Shown: piece after piece, positions 58,495-64,000 of the stretch
Layout: each line of letters starts with the position of its first letter
Position numbering within the stretch: the stretch's first letter is position 1
Virus record (IMG/VR): IMGVR_UViG_3300032677_000013
Length of the DNA stretch: 64,000 nt
Strand: one strand, 5' to 3'
DNA from: an uncultured virus (IMG/VR IMGVR_UViG_3300032677_000013)
Lineage: Duplodnaviria; Heunggongvirae; Uroviricota; Caudoviricetes
Position numbers and translations under genes: made by a program
The notes under the pieces: generated by a model
What the model saw: only the letters and a program-made list of their open reading frames with translations
Database searches by the model: none
Told to the model about the DNA's origin: nothing

Positions 58495-59934
58495 TCAAAT
58501 CTGCGTAATTGTAATGTTGGTGGTAGTTATGGTGAAATAGCTTTCCGCATCACCATAGATCAGGGAAGTTCCCGCCTCGGGAACTGCCTCATACCCATTA
58601 ATCGTAACCGTCCAATCCAACGTGCTAATAAGTGCCGGGTTGTTATTAAACAAAGACAGCACAGATTCGATAAAATCAGTTTGCAAAGCAAATAGATTGA
58701 TTGGAGCGCCAACAGGAATGCTGTTAATGTAATTGGAGATAGCAGTAGAGCCAAGCTGAGAAACAGAAGTGGCGTCAACGTAATTGGGGCTTATGGAGTT
58801 CCAACTAAGCTGAATTGTTACCGTCTCATCGGGCGGATTAACAAAGGGCACTGTATAAGTGTCTGGATAGCTATTAATGTTAACCGATATTGTCCTCGTA
58901 TTAGGGGTGACAACGCCACCCCCGCTATACGTTCCCAAACCTATCGTATTAACGCCAAAGCTGAATTGCGTGGGCGAAATAACGGTGACTGTGTAAGGGC
59001 CGCCATTAACGCCGCCAATCCCCAAAACGTCTTCAATGTAAACGTTGCTCTGCCCTGTAGTTAGGCCGTGATATAGGTTAGTCGTCACAACGCCGGGATT
59101 GGCATTGGTAACGCCTGTAACGCCAATTGTGGAGCCGACCAGCGTGGAAATATCCAACCCCGAATTGTAGATGGCATTAGCCACATTGTAGGGATCGCCG
59201 CCGCCGCAAATAACTTCCCATCCGCCGCCATTGACCTGCTTAACCGCGATAAGGCGGGGCTGCACGTTAGGCACGTTTGCAAGTAGCGTTTTCGCCATGC
59301 TGGCATTGCCCTGCCCGGAAACCAAACCAGCCTGCAACACCAAGGCAGCATATTGCTCTTGCGTTTGTGCTCCCGCGCTAGGAATGCCGACTTGCGGATT
59401 GGTGACGGTTAGAGTGATGCTGGACGGCACGCTTGATACAATTGTAATAACGGTATTAGCCGCGACCGCCCAACTACCGCTTACTGTTGCAACGCAATAC
59501 AGCGGGATCGATGAGCCGGTTGATTGTATTATGCCGCCATCTTGCACTTGATACTGATAAGTGCCATCGCTAACCAAAAAGCCGGGGGGAATCTGAAAAC
59601 CAACGGTCCCGGTAAACACCACATAGACTGAAGTGTTTGAAGTGGTGCCCTGAGGCACACCATAGATATTGCCAAGTTCCGTCAACAAATACGGATTAGC
59701 ACCAAATGGCGTCAAAGAGTTGATGGTCTCAACAGCGGCGGAATCGCACAAGGCCAGAGCATAGGTGGCAGTGCTGGCAAGGTCTTCAATCAAGCCGCCG
59801 GGGAGAACGGTGTAACCGGGGTTATTAGCCGCCACCAACTGAATAAGATTAGACCATAGCGTAACAGGAGACGTAGGCTGGGCCCCAGCAGACGTAACAT
59901 TGAGATTAACGCTAATTGGGGTGGATGTTGTCAT
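58495..59934 (-). CDS. baseplate J/gp47-like protein
   Basis: LPG.LIED..ST, F.G..GF.IP.GF.V.DG. Confidence 0.85.
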   Translation of the reverse strand: MTTSTPISVNLNVTSAGAQPTSPVTLWSNLIQLVAANNPGYTVLPGGLIEDLASTATYALALCDSAAVETINSLTPFGANPYLLTELGNIYGVPQGTTSNTSVYVVFTGTVGFQIPPGFLVSDGTYQYQVQDGGIIQSTGSSIPLYCVATVSGSWAVAANTVITIVSSVPSSITLTVTNPQVGIPSAGAQTQEQYAALVLQAGLVSGQGNASMAKTLLANVPNVQPRLIAVKQVNGGGWEVICGGGDPYNVANAIYNSGLDISTLVGSTIGVTGVTNANPGVVTTNLYHGLTTGQSNVYIEDVLGIGGVNGGPYTVTVISPTQFSFGVNTIGLGTYSGGGVVTPNTRTISVNINSYPDTYTVPFVNPPDETVTIQLSWNSISPNYVDATSVSQLGSTAISNYINSIPVGAPINLFALQTDFIESVLSLFNNNPALISTLDWTVTINGYEAVPEAGTSLIYGDAESYFTITTTNITITQI

Positions 59935-60356
59935 CAGAGGGGCACCGGATTCAACAGGATAGCGCCGGGATTGGCAGTGGCGTTAATATTGTAAACTGGA
60001 TCAAAGACGTTCTTTTTGGCAATCAAAAGAGCCATAAAATACTGAGAAAAATTCTGTTGCGTTAGCGAAACATAGTAATCAGGGAAAACCTGAGTTACAA
60101 CGCTTTGCTGTGAGGGAATGCCATAATTCCCAAAAAAGGGCGATTCATTCAAGTTCAATTGAAGAACCTGCGCCAAGGTTGTCAGCCACACAGCATCATT
60201 ATAACCATTGTCGTCAGTAGTTACTTCGACCCAATTATATGTTGGATAAATATTTGAATTAGTGGCATTGGAGCCGCCGATCGCGCTTATGCCTATGGAA
60301 AATTCACCAATCGCGCTGCTTTGCGCACTAGCGTAATCTCGGCCCCAAGTTCTCAT
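59934..60356 (-). CDS. baseplate protein (gp25/gp46-like position)
   Basis: MRTWGR, L.LNESPF..YGIP. Confidence 0.7.
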   Translation of the reverse strand: MRTWGRDYASAQSSAIGEFSIGISAIGGSNATNSNIYPTYNWVEVTTDDNGYNDAVWLTTLAQVLQLNLNESPFFGNYGIPSQQSVVTQVFPDYYVSLTQQNFSQYFMALLIAKKNVFDPVYNINATANPGAILLNPVPL

Positions 60357-60450
60357 TGCGCTGCCCTGTTATTAAAGCCTGAGATAGATTGATACTTTGG
60401 CTCATTTTTGACAAAAAGTAAACCCACCTTGCCTTGGTCATTTTGCCTTA

Positions 60451-61017
60451 TCAGAAACCCGGCACCACGCAGTTTTCAAATTTAGATGCCGCCGCCTGCA
60501 CCGCATTAGTCACGGCGGTTATGCTTTCTGGCAATTGCGTCAGTTGGGTTTCCAAAGTGTCAATCTGATGAGTTAGTTTGGTGATGTCGTTATTGAGGGT
60601 TTGATATGCGCTGTTCAACGCCAAAAGCTGCTCAACAATCGTGGCTAGAGATGTGGTGTTAACGGTGATCATTGCCGCAGCCTGCGCTTGGAGATACGAT
60701 ACTATGCCGCCCACATCTGTCGCGGTCAAAGCCGATGCCGTGGTCAATTGAGCGCTAAGAGCGGTTTGTGAACTTTGCCACCCCGCAATGGCCGCAATTT
60801 GATTGTATAGATTTAAGGCGTCTTGCTCTGTTTGATTTAGCGTAGCCGTGACGGCATTATATTGAGCCGTAACAGCGGCCAGCGTTTGATTCAGGCTGCC
60901 TACGATATTTGTGGCAAGGCTGGTTAGCTGATTACAGTTAGAGGCGAGATTAATGCTGATGATACCATTTTGGACCACCAGTTCATTGTAAGGAGTGCTT
61001 CCCTGTGGAACTGACAT
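60451..61017 (-). CDS. coiled-coil hypothetical protein
   Basis: heptad-rich ORF in baseplate operon. Confidence 0.6.
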   Translation of the reverse strand: MSVPQGSTPYNELVVQNGIISINLASNCNQLTSLATNIVGSLNQTLAAVTAQYNAVTATLNQTEQDALNLYNQIAAIAGWQSSQTALSAQLTTASALTATDVGGIVSYLQAQAAAMITVNTTSLATIVEQLLALNSAYQTLNNDITKLTHQIDTLETQLTQLPESITAVTNAVQAAASKFENCVVPGF

Positions 61018-61027
61018 TTTAAATCCC

Positions 61028-61609
61028 TCAATAGATATTAGTGACTATGCCGTCTTGCACAGTGACCGTCAATCCTTCAGCCGTCGTGAACGTTCCCGTT
61101 GCCCCTGATCCCACGACAACATTGCCACTAACAAATTCGCTGCCTTGCAAGGTAGTTCCCGAGGCAGAAACAGACGCATAAGAATTGCCAGTGGGCTCTA
61201 GCAACGTGGTGGCTTGGGAATTGATGAATGTCTCTTTGGTGCTACCTAGCCAGAAGAATGTCATGGTGGACAAATTGCCGACCGTATCCTGCAAGTTCGG
61301 CACACCTGCGCCAAGCCCCGTTAACCCGCCCGTGCGGAAATCGGCAGACAATGCCACGCCAATATCGCCTATCTGGATGGGGTATTGAATGTAAGGAGGC
61401 TTCCCCACCGGCATAGTCATTTGAGGCAATGGCGCTGGCGTTACGGCAACTTCAAAGTTAACAGTCACAATGCCGGGATTGATGATTGCGACTACTGTGC
61501 AGGGCAGCCCTTTGCCGAGGGCTTGCACTGCGTCCTGCGCCTTAGCGCGCATCATTTTATTAAGTGAATCGCCAATAAACAGCTTTTGAGAGGCGTCATC
61601 ATACATCAT
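61028..61609 (-). CDS. baseplate central spike
   Basis: LPC.VV OB-fold, P.Q.GD.G, TV..GI.TNI end. Confidence 0.75.
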   Translation of the reverse strand: MMYDDASQKLFIGDSLNKMMRAKAQDAVQALGKGLPCTVVAIINPGIVTVNFEVAVTPAPLPQMTMPVGKPPYIQYPIQIGDIGVALSADFRTGGLTGLGAGVPNLQDTVGNLSTMTFFWLGSTKETFINSQATTLLEPTGNSYASVSASGTTLQGSEFVSGNVVVGSGATGTFTTAEGLTVTVQDGIVTNIY

Positions 61610-62676
61610 TAGCTTACGTAACTTTCAGAAATAACGAGAGGAGACGCCTGAGTGCTATAAGCGGTATAATTACTAATCCAGCTTTGCGCGCTTGGTTCTC
61701 TGGAATTGCCAACGTGTTGTATGCTTTGTATTATCCAAGTGCCATTAAAAGCATTTTTGACCCTTGCATTGCTGGCGCTATTTGAATTTGTAACAGCTTG
61801 TAGACCCGCAATTAAGGGTAAAGTGATTTCGCTAGAGATTGTCAGATCACATCTTAAAACAGTGTTAAATTGAATAGTGTTGTTTCCTAGCCAAGTTGGC
61901 TGACCTATAATATCTTGTTGCTTAATGTCTATTGCTTTAGATTTTGTTTTGCTGCCATCCGTAGCCACTATTCCATTGCCTTGCCGAAATATTTTAACAC
62001 CTTGATATGGCTTTCCATTCAACGTGGTGGTTAAAATATTCTGACTAACATTGGTAACATAATTCCCCAATTGCTGAATGGTCTGAAAGACAGCGCCTTC
62101 ATCTTGTGGCAGTATCAATCTGTCATCAACGCTTACCGTGATCTTAGTTCCCGGAAACGCAATGTTTAAACAATTAGATAAAACATCTCCCAGCTTCTGC
62201 CCCTTTTTCCAAATAAATTGTAAGTTGGCTGGTGTTGACTGAGTGTTTCCTAAATCAGAAGTTATGATAAACTCTAGTGTCTGATTGAGACCCTGCCAGT
62301 TTCCAAACGCTTGATATATTTCACCGGCAACAAGCAATCCCGCTTGGCCGCTGTTGACTGCGTCATTTGCCAAGGGAAGTCCCGGCTGCATTCCCCCATA
62401 AATCTGAATAGGAGCGTTGTTGAAATCAGAAGCCAGCGAAATTTGAGCTTTTGTAGGACCCCAGATTCTAACCCACCCTTGCCCATTGGGCTGATCGTAT
62501 GATGTAACGGGAAGTACAAATTCAACTTGTTGAGCGCCTAAATCCGCCTTGCCACTAACCCCATTGTTGGCACTTAGCTGGTTAGTCCACATTGCCGGGG
62601 CAAGATTGCTGGCAGAGGATAGACCAGTTTGTACTTTGGTTTCTGCACCAACAAGAATCTGATAATACCGGCTCAT
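61609..62676 (-). CDS. baseplate hub protein
   Basis: RYY.I, AFGNWQG, IGQPTW, H.GN.R.P. Confidence 0.75.
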   Translation of the reverse strand: MSRYYQILVGAETKVQTGLSSASNLAPAMWTNQLSANNGVSGKADLGAQQVEFVLPVTSYDQPNGQGWVRIWGPTKAQISLASDFNNAPIQIYGGMQPGLPLANDAVNSGQAGLLVAGEIYQAFGNWQGLNQTLEFIITSDLGNTQSTPANLQFIWKKGQKLGDVLSNCLNIAFPGTKITVSVDDRLILPQDEGAVFQTIQQLGNYVTNVSQNILTTTLNGKPYQGVKIFRQGNGIVATDGSKTKSKAIDIKQQDIIGQPTWLGNNTIQFNTVLRCDLTISSEITLPLIAGLQAVTNSNSASNARVKNAFNGTWIIQSIQHVGNSREPSAQSWISNYTAYSTQASPLVISESYVS

Positions 62677-62945
62677 GGAGTGACTTCAAAATTATTTGTG
62701 GAAACCCTGTAAACCAAAGTTGAAGTAGTGAAATATCCCTGCATCAAATTTATGTCGTATTCTGGAGGAGAGCCAGTCAATGGTTTAGATACGATCAATT
62801 CATTTTGTAGCGTATATACATTTAAAATCCAGCGCCTTCCAAAAAGTCTCCATGTGACAACTGCGCTATATTGCTGCCCATCCAATGTAGGCAAAAAGGC
62901 AAAATTTTCATTAATGGTTGGCGTGAACTGAGTTAAAGTGGTCAT
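62673..62945 (-). CDS. baseplate plug-like protein
   Basis: F..TLDG..Y..W..GRRW, INL..GYF. Confidence 0.75.
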   Translation of the reverse strand: MTTLTQFTPTINENFAFLPTLDGQQYSAVVTWRLFGRRWILNVYTLQNELIVSKPLTGSPPEYDINLMQGYFTTSTLVYRVSTNNFEVTP

Positions 62946-62946
62946 T

Positions 62947-63711
62947 TCACAGACTCACTGAAATGGGACTAATTGATGTAAGCGATGGTGCATTTAAAGA
63001 AGATGATGGGGGCGCCAAATTGGCGGCCAAAGAGCCCGCATTTGAAGGCACAAAGTTTTGCGAGATATTCGCGGACGGATCGTTATAGTAAACGGTAATG
63101 GGATTATACCCCGGCGGATCACCAGCGCTATATGTTTGATTGGTGGTTTTTGCCATACCTTGATTTTGCGATCCCTGCAGGGTGCTCGCCGTGATAAGCG
63201 GTTGCATGAAATTCCAAACCCAACGCACTTGAGTTTGTCCGCCTTCATCTTCCTCCGTCGCGTCTACTAGCGTGGTCAAAAGACACCCCTGATATACATA
63301 ACTAGGGGTTGATACGTTATACCATCCGCCCAGAGCGGTGTGCTGATCTAAGCGCTGTTTCAAATTAGTGATAATAGAGAGTTTAGTGTCCATTGAAATG
63401 GAACTATTAGCAGGGACCAGCATTTCCAAAGAAATTTCAAGTGGCGCTGTAATTATGGCATTTGCCGCAGTAGTTTGATTGGAAAATGGATAAGTGGCAA
63501 CTTCATTATTCATTAATGTATGGCCGGGTATTGGCCTAAAACTAGCAAATGTCGGACTGCCCGGCGCGGCGCGGCCAGTCAAGCCGGCGCTATAATTTAA
63601 TTGCTGCAAGAGGGTTTCAATGCCCATTACGCCGGTTTTGGCGATACCATTAATCAAAGCAATAGGACTTATCTGAAAACGATATTCATAATCGCTAATG
63701 TTAATGGTCAT
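62947..63711 (-). CDS. tail tube initiator/baseplate protein
   Basis: FQISPI.L, YPF.NQ..AANA, H...GG.Y.V.TP, W.F.QPL. Confidence 0.7.
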   Translation of the reverse strand: MTINISDYEYRFQISPIALINGIAKTGVMGIETLLQQLNYSAGLTGRAAPGSPTFASFRPIPGHTLMNNEVATYPFSNQTTAANAIITAPLEISLEMLVPANSSISMDTKLSIITNLKQRLDQHTALGGWYNVSTPSYVYQGCLLTTLVDATEEDEGGQTQVRWVWNFMQPLITASTLQGSQNQGMAKTTNQTYSAGDPPGYNPITVYYNDPSANISQNFVPSNAGSLAANLAPPSSSLNAPSLTSISPISVSL

Positions 63712-64000
63712 TGGCTTGCGTTTCTCTTGAGTGCTATCGGCAAGTTTCCGCTTGGAGAATGCTGGTGCGGAAGTTTGTTTACCACAGTAGTCTTAACGTA
63801 AATAGAAGCCTTTTTCTTTGGTTTTGACGAATGCAAAATGGGTTTGTTTTGCAGTTCTGGATGGCCCAATAGTCGCATAACGTAATTATGCGTTTCCCAT
63901 TGCGATTTGTCGCCCTGCCACGGAATTTTCTTAGCCCATTCCAAATCGCTTATTTTACCCGTTCTAGGGTCTCCGAAGTGTTTGTTCCAGTAATTAACCG
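63708..64000 (-). CDS. 3' end of tape-measure/lytic transglycosylase protein, truncated by window
   Basis: ETHNYV (SLT-like ET.NYV) and position before baseplate genes. Confidence 0.55.
   Translation of the reverse strand, partial: VNYWNKHFGDPRTGKISDLEWAKKIPWQGDKSQWETHNYVMRLLGHPELQNKPILHSSKPKKKASIYVKTTVVNKLPHQHSPSGNLPIALKRNASQ

Overview
The window is entirely bacteriophage DNA with no host genes; an alphaproteobacterial (Sphingomonadales-like) host is an inference. It holds two phages in the same orientation, joined through a shared 9-aa-repeat gene. Phage A (1 to ~35,081; base 1 recurs at 35,082, so it looks like one complete ~35 kb circle) is a P22-like podophage. It has ERF/SSB early genes, a lysis cassette, tail fibre, ejection proteins, gp10/gp4-like proteins, coat, scaffold, portal, terminase, a lambda-O-like initiator with internal iterons and a Cro-like gene, but no recognisable cI or integrase. 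Phage B (~36,260 to the end, truncated in the tape-measure gene) is a more AT-rich myophage with its own ERF/SSB, a DNA methyltransferase, a GT32-GT2-TPR glycosyltransferase, a (GPT)n collagen fibre, lysis genes and a baseplate. Main observations: (1) both phages carry the same two-gene module, a small WG..GHWD protein plus an ACP-like protein lacking the phosphopantetheine serine; (2) a ~430-nt densely base-paired, pseudoknotted candidate ncRNA lies before phage B ERF; (3) phage A has sulfotransferase-like, GNAT and PurD-like ATP-grasp genes inside its virion operon, and phage B pairs a glycosyltransferase with a collagen fibre; (4) the A/B join is either a cointegrate or an assembly chimera. 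All family calls come from motif recognition by eye, with no database searches.
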